A stretch of 64,000 bases of DNA from Candidatus Poribacteria bacterium (GCA_963663765.2 CAXXUA010000005.1:1536001-1600000), one strand, 5' to 3'. Positions 1-10,193 are shown, counted from the stretch's first letter. Made by a program: numbers and translations. The notes: a model not told the origin generated them from the sequence alone.

Positions 1-42
1 GGCAAACTCAACAGCGTTCTGAAACAAGCAGGACTCAAGTAA
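1..42 (+). CDS. hicA: HicA-family toxin, C-terminal end (gene starts before the window)
   Basis: Frame 1 reads GKLNSVLKQAGLK*, the typical HicA C-terminus, directly upstream of a HicB-like ORF. Confidence 0.7.
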   Translation, partial: GKLNSVLKQAGLK

Positions 43-123
43 TGAGTTGGAATAGCACGGTTCGCGGTCGTGTTATCTGAAAGCCCTGAAACAAGCAGGT
101 ATTGAGCAATAAGGGATAAACGA

Positions 124-1527
124 ATGGATTATGTTGTAATTTATGAAAAGGGCGATAGCAGTTATGGTGCTTATGTTCCCGATCTCCCAGGATGTATAGC
201 TGTAGGAGAGACACTGGAAGAAGTCCAGACATTAATTGATGAAGCTATTGAATTTCATATTGAAGGATTACAAGAAGACGGTGACGATGTTCCGCAACCT
301 TCTTTAAACATCCCTATTCAGTATGATATTCCATACCTTGGCATACACAAAGTCGTCGAAAACTATGTACATAACGACGATCCTGCTCTCTTTTCATGTC
401 AAGACTTTGCAAGCCATCTTTACCTTGTTACCGCTGGTGAAAACGAACAACATAAAACCTGGCTCCGTGTTGAAATTTCTAAAGAACGTTTTAAGCTCAT
501 CCGCTCTGGTGGAATAGACCTTCGGAATGCATTTACCGATGCTGAAAATGGCATCCTGTTCCAAGTAAAACTTCCACAAGGTGATTCAACAGACCCATCG
601 CTGAAAGTCATCCATCCCAATCAAATCGCCGAGGAAATGCTCCCGCTGCAGGGTGAACGTCTCGGACTAAAAACCAATACACTTCCACCACTCCGTAGTC
701 CACAAGAAATAGCATCATCTTCTGTTAGAGAATTTATTGAAATTGCTTTCAACTATCCTGGGGTTTTCAGAACTGAAGCACCTATTGAATCTTTAGGCAA
801 AATACTAACCGGATTACAACAAGTAATCAACAGAATCGGTGCGAAATGTGTTAATTCAACATCTAAGAAGAAACCCGAAGACATCAGAAGCAATATGGGA
901 ATCTCACTCTTAGAAGTTGGTGAAGGCTCATTTGAAATACAGCTTGCATCGACAGAGTATGTCGATTTAGTCAAAGATTCTGATCTTGGAAATGCAATGA
1001 ATGAATTTGTGAAAATTCTTATTTCTGGATGTAATCAAGACCAATTGAAAACACTCATGGAACAATTAGGACCAAAGGTTGCTAAGGGTTATGCTAATTT
1101 CCTCAAACCACTCAGTAAATCTGTATTAGATACTAAATTTACGTGGACATCGCCAAATCCAGACCGCGGTGGTACTGCACAACTTTCCCAATCACAAATG
1201 ATAAAGGTTATTGATATTCTTGAGAAAATTCAAGAAGAAACATTAAAAACAATCAAAATCTCTGGAACATTAGTCGGTATCTCTCTCATATCCAAATTAT
1301 TTGAGATAGAAACGTCCGATGATAACTATTATGAAAAAAACTATTTTAAAGGAAAGATCACGGATGAAGCTTTTGAGACTGAAATCGTAAAGAACGCTAC
1401 AGTAAGCCAGCCATATACTGCAGAAATACAAGGATTCGCTGAAATTGGTGAGACCAAAGATGAATCCAAAATTAAGTTCCGACTACTCAGCCTTAGTCAG
1501 AAATCATTACCCGATGCAGCCAAATAA
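124..1527 (+). CDS. HicB-like antitoxin domain fused to a DUF6575-like domain and an uncharacterised C-terminal domain (467 aa)
   Basis: First ~60 aa (YVVIYEKGDSSYGAYVPDLPGCIAVGETLEEV...EAIEFHIEGL...VPQP) are canonical HicB. The next segment (YVHNDDPALFSCQD...TWLRVEISKERFKLIRSGGIDLRNAF) resembles DUF6575 from recall. Confidence 0.7.
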   Translation: MDYVVIYEKGDSSYGAYVPDLPGCIAVGETLEEVQTLIDEAIEFHIEGLQEDGDDVPQPSLNIPIQYDIPYLGIHKVVENYVHNDDPALFSCQDFASHLYLVTAGENEQHKTWLRVEISKERFKLIRSGGIDLRNAFTDAENGILFQVKLPQGDSTDPSLKVIHPNQIAEEMLPLQGERLGLKTNTLPPLRSPQEIASSSVREFIEIAFNYPGVFRTEAPIESLGKILTGLQQVINRIGAKCVNSTSKKKPEDIRSNMGISLLEVGEGSFEIQLASTEYVDLVKDSDLGNAMNEFVKILISGCNQDQLKTLMEQLGPKVAKGYANFLKPLSKSVLDTKFTWTSPNPDRGGTAQLSQSQMIKVIDILEKIQEETLKTIKISGTLVGISLISKLFEIETSDDNYYEKNYFKGKITDEAFETEIVKNATVSQPYTAEIQGFAEIGETKDESKIKFRLLSLSQKSLPDAAK

Positions 1528-1795
1528 AAAAACGCAAAAACACGTCACATTCCTTATTCTACTTGACATCAGCACGTCACTGTGACGTGCAAAACGTCCT
1601 ACTAAAACACGATACCGAATAATGTCTTTAAGGTTGGATAAACCTAATTCGCAACTAAAGGCAAAAAAGTTACCACACGGTAACTTTTGAAAATCTCAGG
1701 TTGATTTGAACAAACGCAAACTAAAATCCGCGTCATCTGTGAAATCCGCCTAATCAGCGATTCAGATAACCAATGTAAAAAAACCTCATTTTTCC

Positions 1796-1824
1796 TTGAC
1801 AACCCAAAATAATAATGTTATAAT
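1796..1824 (+). promoter_or_regulatory. Consensus sigma70 promoter
   Basis: TTGACA (1796-1801), 17-nt spacer, TATAAT (1819-1824) with TG extended -10 motif, upstream of the ORF at 1955. Confidence 0.75.
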
Positions 1825-1954
1825 TAATATTACATAGTGAGCATAGAGACGTGTTATAAATTCCGAATCATAGGAGCTGAATGTGAATAGGAAGTAACAC
1901 CTATCCAATATAAGTCTCAGCCATCATAGTATGTTTTTATTAAGGAGAACAGAA

Positions 1955-2605
1955 ATGCCAGAAAAGACAACGAAGACAACGAAGACGAAAAAAGAGGAAC
2001 TCACCGTTGAAACACTACAGAAAATGCCCTCGGGTATGAGAGAATATGTGGCGTATGCTTGCGGCATTGGAATTAAAATAGGCGATGTCATCGACACTAT
2101 ACTCGACTATTATAAGGAGACATATAAGTACACTAAAGACCTGAACGAAAAGGAAGCCAAATCTATTTTACGTGAATCCATCCGCACGTGCAATCCAAAT
2201 GATAAAAAGTTTTGCTACAAAAAGTACGGTGCTACGTATCGTGAAGGACGTCTATCTTATGTACGTTCTATGGGGGATGATTTACTCAAAGCATTTGAAA
2301 GGCATATAGGCAATTTGAACTTCGCTCTTGAAAAAACAGGTTTCAATTTCCACGAAGGACTAACGATTAAAGAATACGCATCTATCACAAAAGACATTGC
2401 AGAGGCGGTTTCGTTGTATCAGTCCTTAGCAGAAGCACATCAACCCGACACCGAAGCCACGTTTGATATTTTGCCCGCACTTGATAGCCAGTTGATCCTT
2501 GCACAAATAGAAGCAGCAGATAATCAAACACAAAAAGCATTACCTACAACATCGGAGGCACCAAAAGCATTACCGGATACTTCCAAAAGCAACGACTCGG
2601 AATAA
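1955..2605 (+). CDS. Hypothetical protein (216 aa), weak DUF2280-like pattern
   Basis: AGGAG RBS at 1943-1947 and ATG at 1955; consensus promoter upstream; low-complexity termini. Confidence 0.7.
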   Translation: MPEKTTKTTKTKKEELTVETLQKMPSGMREYVAYACGIGIKIGDVIDTILDYYKETYKYTKDLNEKEAKSILRESIRTCNPNDKKFCYKKYGATYREGRLSYVRSMGDDLLKAFERHIGNLNFALEKTGFNFHEGLTIKEYASITKDIAEAVSLYQSLAEAHQPDTEATFDILPALDSQLILAQIEAADNQTQKALPTTSEAPKALPDTSKSNDSE

Positions 2606-2681
2606 AATTATAACGAGTTGTGCTAAATAACTATTTGTCCAACATTATGGTAAATTATGGAGTTAATTATACACTTTCACA

Positions 2682-3255
2682 GGTAGGAGCGACCTCCTGG
2701 TCGCGACCGTCCCCTGCGTGGGTAGGAACAACCTCCTGGTCGCGACCGTCCCCTGCGTGGGTAGGAACAACCTCCTGGTCGCGACCGTCCCCTGCGTGGG
2801 TAGGAGCGACTCCTGGTCGCGACCGTCCCCTGCGTGGGTAGGAACAACCTCCTGGTCGCGACCGTCCCCTGCGTGGGTAGGAACAACCTCCTGGTCGCGA
2901 CCGTCCCCTGCGTGGGTAGGAACAACCTCCTGGTCGCGACCGTCCCCTGCGTGGGTAGGAACAACCTCCTGGTCGCGACCGTCCCCTGCGTGGGTAGGAG
3001 CGACCTCCTGGTCGCGACCGTCCCCTGCGTGGGTAGGAACAACCTCCTGGTCGCGACCGTCCCCTGCGTGGGTAGGAACAACCTCCTGGTCGCGACCGTC
3101 CCCTGCGTGGGTAGGAACAACCTACTGGTCGCGACCGTCCCCTGCGTGGGTAGGAACAACCTACTGGTCGCGACCGTCCCCTGCGTGGGTAGGAACAACC
3201 TACTGGTCGCGACCGTCCCCTGCGTGGGTAGGAGCGACCTCCTGGTCGCGACCGT
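2682..3255 (+). repeat. Tandem array of ~15 x 39-bp REP-containing units (GGTAGGARCRACCTCCTGGTCGCGACCGTCCCCTGCGTG)
   Basis: 39-bp periodicity read directly; an inverted REP copy follows at ~3279-3303; preceded by a family-A terminal repeat at 2646. Confidence 0.95.
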
Positions 3256-5945
3256 ATGGAGACCATGTATCAATACGGTCACGAACAGGAGGTCGCTCCT
3301 ACCAAAAAAAGAATAGGTTAATTACATGACAAATGACAACCAATATAGTAAATTGTAGAAATGTAAACTTATTTTCAAATTCCACCATAATTGGTAAAAT
3401 TGGTAATTTTTTGTTCGGGAAAACCCTGTCATAGACAAGATTCGTGTACAGAAAAAATTACCAATTTCTCAAAAGTGTCAACACTATATCACTCTAATTG
3501 ATATTCGGAAACGATTATGTCTGAACGTTCCGCGGTCCAAGAGCCAATGCTCAAATATGCCAATGAAATCGGGTGGCAGCGAATTTCGCCATCAGATGCC
3601 ATGTGCATGCGTGATGGTGATACCGCCGCGTTATATTTTACGGATGTACTAAAAGCACAACTCTTAAAACTCAATAAAGGTGATGTAGACGAATCCAACT
3701 ACGATGACGTTATACGACAACTCAATTTGCTTAAATCCACACTTGAGGGAAATCAAAACGCGCTTTCATGGATGCACGGTAGAGAGTCAGTTTTTGTTCA
3801 CACTGAAAAACGCCAACGCAACGTTACCCTGATAGATTTTGAGAACCTTGATAATAACCTGTTTCATGTTACCGATGAATGGGAACAGAAAGGAGTTGTC
3901 CACACCAACCGCGCGGATGTGGTCTTTTTAATAAACGGTATACCGATCGCAGTAGTGGAGACGAAATCCGCTCATAAGCAGGACGGATTGTCACAAGGAA
4001 TGGATCAAATTCGCCGCTACCATCGTGAAACACCCGAGATGTTCACGACTGCACAAATCTTCGGTGTTACGCAACTGATGGATTTTTTCTATGGGGTAAC
4101 GTGGAACACCAACCGCAAAAATATATTCAATTGGAAAACAGACGTACCCAAGAACTATGAGCAGAAGGTTAAAACTTTTTTCAACCAAGAACGTATGCTA
4201 CAAGAATTGCATCGGTCTGTTATCTTCCAGAACAGAGACGACCAACTCTCTAAAGTCGTGTTGCGTCAACACCAAACGCGCGCAATAGAAAAAGTGATTG
4301 ATCGGGTTAACGATCAGAACAAACGGCGCGGACTTGTCTGGCATACACAGGGCAGCGGTAAAACTCTCACTATGATTTCAATTGCATCACGACTCCTACG
4401 CGGTGGAGAGCAGTCTGAAAAACCTACCTTGCTAATGATTGTTGACCGCAATGAATTAGAAAGCCAACTCTTTAGAAACATCACCGCTTATGGTATCAGT
4501 ACACATAGAGTTGCACAAAGCAAGGATGATTTGGAAGAAATTTTATCATCCGATTATCGCGGTTTGATTGTGTCCATGATTCACAAATTTGATAAGAAAC
4601 CAGCAGACCTCAATACTCGCGAGAGTGTAATTGTCCTAATTGACGAAGCACACAGAACCACAGGTGGGAACTTTGGGAATTATCTGATGGCTGCTGTACC
4701 GAATGCAACCTATATCGGATTTACTGGTACACCGATTGATAACCTATTTAAAGGTGAAGGCACTTTCAAAGTATTCGGCAAAGATGACGAACAGGGATAT
4801 CTTGATAAATATGGAATCGCTGAATCTATTGAAGATGGCACAACATTAAAGTTAAACTACGCACTCGCACCATCTGGATTACGGGTGGATCCAGAGATAT
4901 TAGATCAGGAATTTCTAAGCCTTGCAGAAGCGGAAGGCGTTAGCGACCCCGATGAACTCAACGTAATCCTCGACCGTGCTGTCAATTTAAAAGCAATAAT
5001 GAAAGCACCCAACAGGATAGAAAAAATCGCTAAATTTGTAGCTAAAGACTTCCAAGAAAGAATTGAACCGATGGGATTCAAGGCGTTTCTGGTCGGTGTA
5101 GACAGAGAGGCGTGTGCATTATACAAACAGGCATTGGATAAGCAACTACCATCAGAATATTCGGAGGTCGTCTATTCCAAAAATAATCAAGATAACGAGT
5201 TGATGAAAAGACATCATCATTCAGATGAGCAGGAAAAGGAAATACGCAAGAATTTCATTGACAAAAAATCGCAACCGAAAATCCTGATTGTAACCCAAAA
5301 ATTATTGACAGGTTTTGATGCACCGATCCTTTACTGCATGTACCTTGATAAACCGATGCGTGACCATGTGTTATTACAGGCAATTGCTCGTGTTAACAGA
5401 CCTTATGAAGATGATGATGGGTTGCTAAAACCTGCAGGGTTTGTCCTTGATTTTGTCGGTATCTTTGAAAACATGAAAAAGGCACTCGTCTTTGATTCTG
5501 ACGAAGTGGAAAGCGTCATTCAGAACATTGATGTTCTTAAAGAAAGGTTTGCAGAGATGATGCACGAACGCGCACAACAATACCTACCCTTTACCGAAGA
5601 CTCAGACGATAAAGCAATAGAACGTGCAATTGAACACTTTGCGGATAAGGATGACCGAGAGACATTTTTCACGTTCTTCAAACAGGCACAGAATCTCTAT
5701 AACATCATTTCACCTGATCCCTTCTTACACCCATTTTTAGAGGACTACCAAGCTTTAGCATCGCTATATAGATTAATTCGTAACGCAAATTCTGACAATA
5801 TTTCCATTGATAACGAGTTAACTGCTAAGACACAAGAACTGCTACAAACCTACACAGAAGGCAATAGGTTAGAATTACCTGATGAAGTCTATGAATTGAA
5901 CGAAACCACTTTGCAAGAATTAAATCAAAGCGATGTCCCTGATAC

Positions 5946-7403
5946 GGGTGTGTAAAGTTTTTGTCACAAGAATGTACTGAATACAGATCTTGCTTAGTAT
6001 TAGGTTAAATGGTATCCTTCTAAAAAACACTTTTTTATCAGAGAGGATACCAATGTTTAGTATATCATTAGCAAGTTGTGAAGTCGAAGAGTTTAGAGAA
6101 GATGCAATCCATTTTGTAGAAAAGATCAATAATGTTTTACACACCCTTAGTTCAGACAGTCTTTATGTAGACGCTATGGAGATAATAGCCTTAGAGACGA
6201 TGCGTTCGTTAGGTCAAATGATGTTAGAAATGGGTGTTCTCAAACATTCCGTTGAACAAGTTTCTGGATCTGTTGAATGTCCACAATGTCAACAAGCGTG
6301 TCGTCCGTATCGTAAAAGAGAACGCCGTATTACGACGCTATGTGGTGTTATTCGTGTTGACCGTTGGGTGTATCGTTGTGCTTCGGGTCATTATCATTTT
6401 CCGTGGGATACGAAAGAAAAGTTGAAAGGTCAATACACACATCGTGTAGCTGAAGTGATGTGTCGTATGTCTGCGCGTCTTGACTTCAGGGAGGCAGCAG
6501 AGGAGTTGTTTCGTCAAGGGATAGAAGTCAGTCATACGACCCTCAATCAAAATGTGCGTGAATGGTCAAAAGCGTTGCGGGATTCACAACAAGTGGAAAC
6601 ACAAAAACTTGAGGCAAATCAGCGTTGGTATGTGAGTTGTGATGGATGCCACACCAACTCACAAGAGGGGTGGAAAGAAACCAAAGTTGGTTGTATTTAT
6701 AGAGATTATCCACAACCTCCAAATAGTTCTGGTGCGACACCGAGTGCGAGAACACCAAGCATTCGTTATGTTGCGGAGCGTGAGAATGCTGCTCATTTCG
6801 GTAAAGCGTTGTATAAGTTAGCAACGCAGAGCGGCATCTATCAAGAAGATATAGGCACGCAAGAGGTCGTGTTTATCGGAGATGGAGCGGCGTGGATATG
6901 GAACTTAGCGGCTGAATACTTCCCGAATGCTGTAGAGATTGTGGATTACATGCATGCCAAATCACATCTTTATGATGTGGCTAAAGTTGCCTTTGGTGAG
7001 ACAGAAACAGAAGACGTAGAAACTTGGGTCACAGAGACAGAACCCTTTCTTTTTGATGGCAACATTCCAGAAGTTGTCTCACGTATCCGTGCTTTAGCCA
7101 CACAGCACCCAGACGTTTGTGAGATTTTAGTAAGAGAAACAGGTTATTTTGAAAAACACGCGAAACGGATGCAATATAAAACGTTTAGAGATAAGGGGTA
7201 TCAGGTTGGGAGTGGTGTGATTGAGAGTGCGTGTAAACATGTTGTGGGACAAAGGTGTAAACAAGCTTCTATGAGATGGGAGAAACCGGGTATTAATGCT
7301 GTTCTAAGTTGGAGATGTCTGTTGAAGAATAATGCCTGGGACAGATATTGGTATCCAGACACAAAAGCCGCATAACACTTAGTGACAAAAACTTTACACA
7401 CCC
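5946..7403 (+). mobile_element. Intact IS, ISKra4/ISLre2-type (UPF0236-like DDE)
   Basis: TIRs GGGTGTGTAAAGTTTTTGTCAC / GTGACAAAAACTTTACACACCC; 9-bp TSD CCCTGATAC at 5937-5945 and 7404-7412. Confidence 0.93.
6053..7375 (+). CDS. ISKra4-family transposase
   Basis: CPQC zinc finger, CDG, IGDGAAWIW, VDYMHAKSHL, GSGVIESACKHVVGQRCKQASMRW; GAGAGG RBS before ATG 6053. Confidence 0.9.
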   Translation: MFSISLASCEVEEFREDAIHFVEKINNVLHTLSSDSLYVDAMEIIALETMRSLGQMMLEMGVLKHSVEQVSGSVECPQCQQACRPYRKRERRITTLCGVIRVDRWVYRCASGHYHFPWDTKEKLKGQYTHRVAEVMCRMSARLDFREAAEELFRQGIEVSHTTLNQNVREWSKALRDSQQVETQKLEANQRWYVSCDGCHTNSQEGWKETKVGCIYRDYPQPPNSSGATPSARTPSIRYVAERENAAHFGKALYKLATQSGIYQEDIGTQEVVFIGDGAAWIWNLAAEYFPNAVEIVDYMHAKSHLYDVAKVAFGETETEDVETWVTETEPFLFDGNIPEVVSRIRALATQHPDVCEILVRETGYFEKHAKRMQYKTFRDKGYQVGSGVIESACKHVVGQRCKQASMRWEKPGINAVLSWRCLLKNNAWDRYWYPDTKAA

Positions 7404-7853
7404 CCCTGATACCGTTAAAATGTTGAATTTGCGAAAAGCAATACGTCAAAAGGTAATAAATGAAGGTGAATCAAAACCATTTCTGATTTCTATTGGGGAA
7501 CGCGCAGAAGCTGCCATAGAAGCTTATGAAAATCGTCAGTCTGGGACACAAGAAACTTTAGCTGAGTTTATGAAATTTGCAAAAGAATATGCAAGTGCTG
7601 CAAGAGAAAGCAATCAGATGGGATTGGACAACAACACTTTTGCTATTTATAGAGAACTAAAAAACTATATAGATGATGTTACACCAGTGCAAGCACAGTC
7701 TGTCAATCAAATCTTTGAAAAATATCCTGACCATCAGTGGGATGATCACCAAGGGAAAGAATTACGCAGTATGCTCTATAAAACATTAAGCCCAACAGTT
7801 GCGACAAATGATCTTATTGAAACAACAAACAAATTGCTAAAGTTGAAACGGGT

Positions 7854-8177
7854 ATGAAAACCGAAAAAGTATGGGATAACCCAATGGATTTGAAAGGTGC
7901 AGTGCAACAGTGGGCAGATCGCATCGGAGTTCAGGTGCGGGAGATCCATTTGCGTGAAATGCGACAAAAGTGGGCATCTATATCAACCAATGGAAGATTG
8001 ACACTCAACACCGACCTGCTTAACTTACCAAAAACGTTGGGTGAATTCGTAATTGTGCATGAATTGGTGCATTTACTCGTACCTAATCATGGAAAACTGT
8101 TTAAAGGTTATATGTCTGCGTATCTGCCTGATTGGGATGAACGACAGAAGCGTTTAAAATTACTACAACTAACGTGA
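7854..8177 (+). CDS. M48/YgjP-like (DUF45) metallopeptidase
   Basis: MRQKWAS...RLTLN...VIVHELVHL..NHGKLF; usual position downstream of hsdR; its stop codon lies inside the following terminal repeat. Confidence 0.85.
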   Translation: MKTEKVWDNPMDLKGAVQQWADRIGVQVREIHLREMRQKWASISTNGRLTLNTDLLNLPKTLGEFVIVHELVHLLVPNHGKLFKGYMSAYLPDWDERQKRLKLLQLT

Positions 8178-10193
8178 GTTTGATAATTATATTGGACTTA
8201 CGCATTCCCCCTTAAATGAAGATTAATTTATTAGATTAATTTATTAATTGGGTAATAAATATATCTCCAACGGTAGGCGGGGAATGCCTTTTGGCATTCA
8301 TACCCGGGGAATGCCAAAAGGCATTCATACCGTTGATTTCTTGATTTGGTGCTTTGTAAGCGCGCTCCATACTCCCAAAAACTGCAGGCGTGCTTTGGAA
8401 GCGCGCTCCATACTCCCAAAAACTGCAGGCGTGCTTTGGAAGCGCGCTCCATACTCCCAAAAACTGCAGGCGTGCTTTGGAAGCGCGCTCCATACTCCCA
8501 AAAACTGCAGGCGTGCTTTGGAAGCGCGCCATCCCCGCCATCACCTGCTGGCATACCCCACGGCAGACGTGCTTTGTAAGCGCGCTCCATACTCCCAAAA
8601 ACTGCAGGCGTGCTTTGTAAGCGCGCCATCCCCGACCTCAACTGCTGGCATACCCCCACGGCAGGCGTGCTTTGGAAGCGCGCCATCCCCGACCTCAACT
8701 GCTGGCATACCCCCACGGCAGGCGTGCTTTGGAAGCGCGCCATCCCCGACCTCAACTGCTGGCATACCCCCACGGCAGGCGTGCTTTGGAAGCGCGCTCC
8801 ATACCCCCAAAAACTGCAGGCGTGCTTTGTAAGCGCGCACCCCAACTGCAGGCGTGCTTTGTAAGCGCGCTCCATACTCCCAAAAACTGCAGGCGTGCTT
8901 GTAAGCGCGCCATCCCCGACCTCACCTGCTGGCATACCCCCACTGCAGGCGTGCTTTGTAAGCGCGCTCCATACTCCCAAAAACTGCAGGCGTGCTTTGT
9001 AAGCGCGTTCCATACTCCCAAAAACTGCAGGCGTGCTTTGTAAGCGCGCCATCCCCGCCCTCACCTGCTGGCATACCCCACGGCAGGCGGGCTTTGTAAG
9101 CGCGCCATCCCCGACCTCACCTGCTGGCATACCCCCACTGCAGGCGTGCTTTGTAGGCGCGCTCCATACTCCCAAAAACTGCAGGCGTGCTTTGGAAGCG
9201 CGCCACCCAACTGCACTCCCCTGCAGGCGTGCTTTGTAAGCGCGCCATCCCCGCCCTCACCTGCTGGCATACCCCACGGCAGGCGTGCTTTGGAAGCGCG
9301 CCATCCCCGACCTCACCTGCTGGCATACCCCCCTGCAGGCGGGCTTTGTAAGCGCGCTCCCCAACTGCAGGCGTGCTTTGTAAGCGCACACCCCAACTGC
9401 ACTCCCCTGCAGGCGTGCTTTGTAAGCGCGCTCCATACTCCCAAAAACTGCAGGCGTGCTTTGGAAGCGCGCCATCCCCGCCCTCACCTGCTGGCATACC
9501 CCACAGCAGGCGTGCTTTGTAAGCGCGCCATCCCCGCCCTCACCTGCTGGCATACCCCACTGCAGGCGTGCTTTGTAAGCGCGCTCCATACTCCCAAAAA
9601 CTGCAGGCGTGCTTTGGAAGCGCGCTCCATACTCCCAAAAACTGCAGGCGGGCTTTGTAAGCGCGCTCCATACTCCCAAAAACTGCAGGCGGGCTTTGTA
9701 AGCGCGCCATCCCCGACCTCACCTGCTGGCATACCCCCACTGCAGGCGTGCTTTGTAAGCGCACTCCATACTCCCAAAAACTGCAGGCGGGCTTTGTAAG
9801 CGCGCCATCCCCGACCTCACCTGCTGGCATACCCCCACTGCAGGCGTGCTTTGTAAGCGCACTCCATACTCCCAAAAACTGCAGGCGGGCTTTGTAAGCG
9901 CGCCATCCCCGACCTCACCTGCTGGCATACCCCACGGCAGGCGTGCTTTGGAAGCGCGCTCCATACTCCCAAAAACTGCAGGCGGGCTTTGTAAGCGCGC
10001 TCCATACTCCCAAAAACTGCAGGCGGGCTTTGTAAGCGCGCTCCATACTCCCAAAAACTGCAGGCGGGCTTTGTAAGCGCGCCACCCAACTGCACTCCCC
10101 TGCAGGCGTGCTTTGTAAGCGCGCACCCAATAGTAGGCGTGCTTTGTAAGCGCGCACCGGTGGAAGTCATAACTATTTATCAAACTCACGTTA
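8170..10193. mobile_element. Non-autonomous element (family E) enclosing the 1.8-kb REP array
   Basis: Perfect inverted ends TAACGTGAGTTTGATAA (8170-8186) and TTATCAAACTCACGTTA (10177-10193), TA-bounded; a short relative is at 20308-20435. Confidence 0.75.
8349..10156 (+). repeat. Mosaic array of ~40 hairpin cores GCAGGCGTGCTTTG(T/G)AAGCGCGC with four recurring spacer types
   Basis: Units of 41, 56-57, 42 and ~32 bp counted by eye; spacers recur rather than being unique. Confidence 0.95.

Larger units (their letters stand above)
3517..7857 (+). pseudogene. hsdR: Type I restriction endonuclease subunit R, interrupted by an IS
   Basis: Nuclease motif (RADVVFLINGIPIAVVETK), Walker A HTQGSGKT, DEAH, FTGTP, LLTGFDAP, QAIARVNR. 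Removing the IS and one TSD joins 3517-5945 to 7413-7857 in frame (...SDVPDTVKMLNLRK..., 957 aa). Confidence 0.92.

Noticed and set aside
2620-3329. ORFs of 160-203 aa on both strands
   Set aside because: They are translations of the 39-bp repeat, which is a multiple of 3; there is no RBS or domain support
7348-7857. Independent 169-aa gene
   Set aside because: It is the displaced C-terminus of hsdR read from inside the IS end
8349-10156. CRISPR array
   Set aside because: Spacers are reused from four types and are low-complexity, lengths are irregular (about 9-34 nt), and no cas genes are in the window. The same applies to the arrays at 2682, 22850 and 37392
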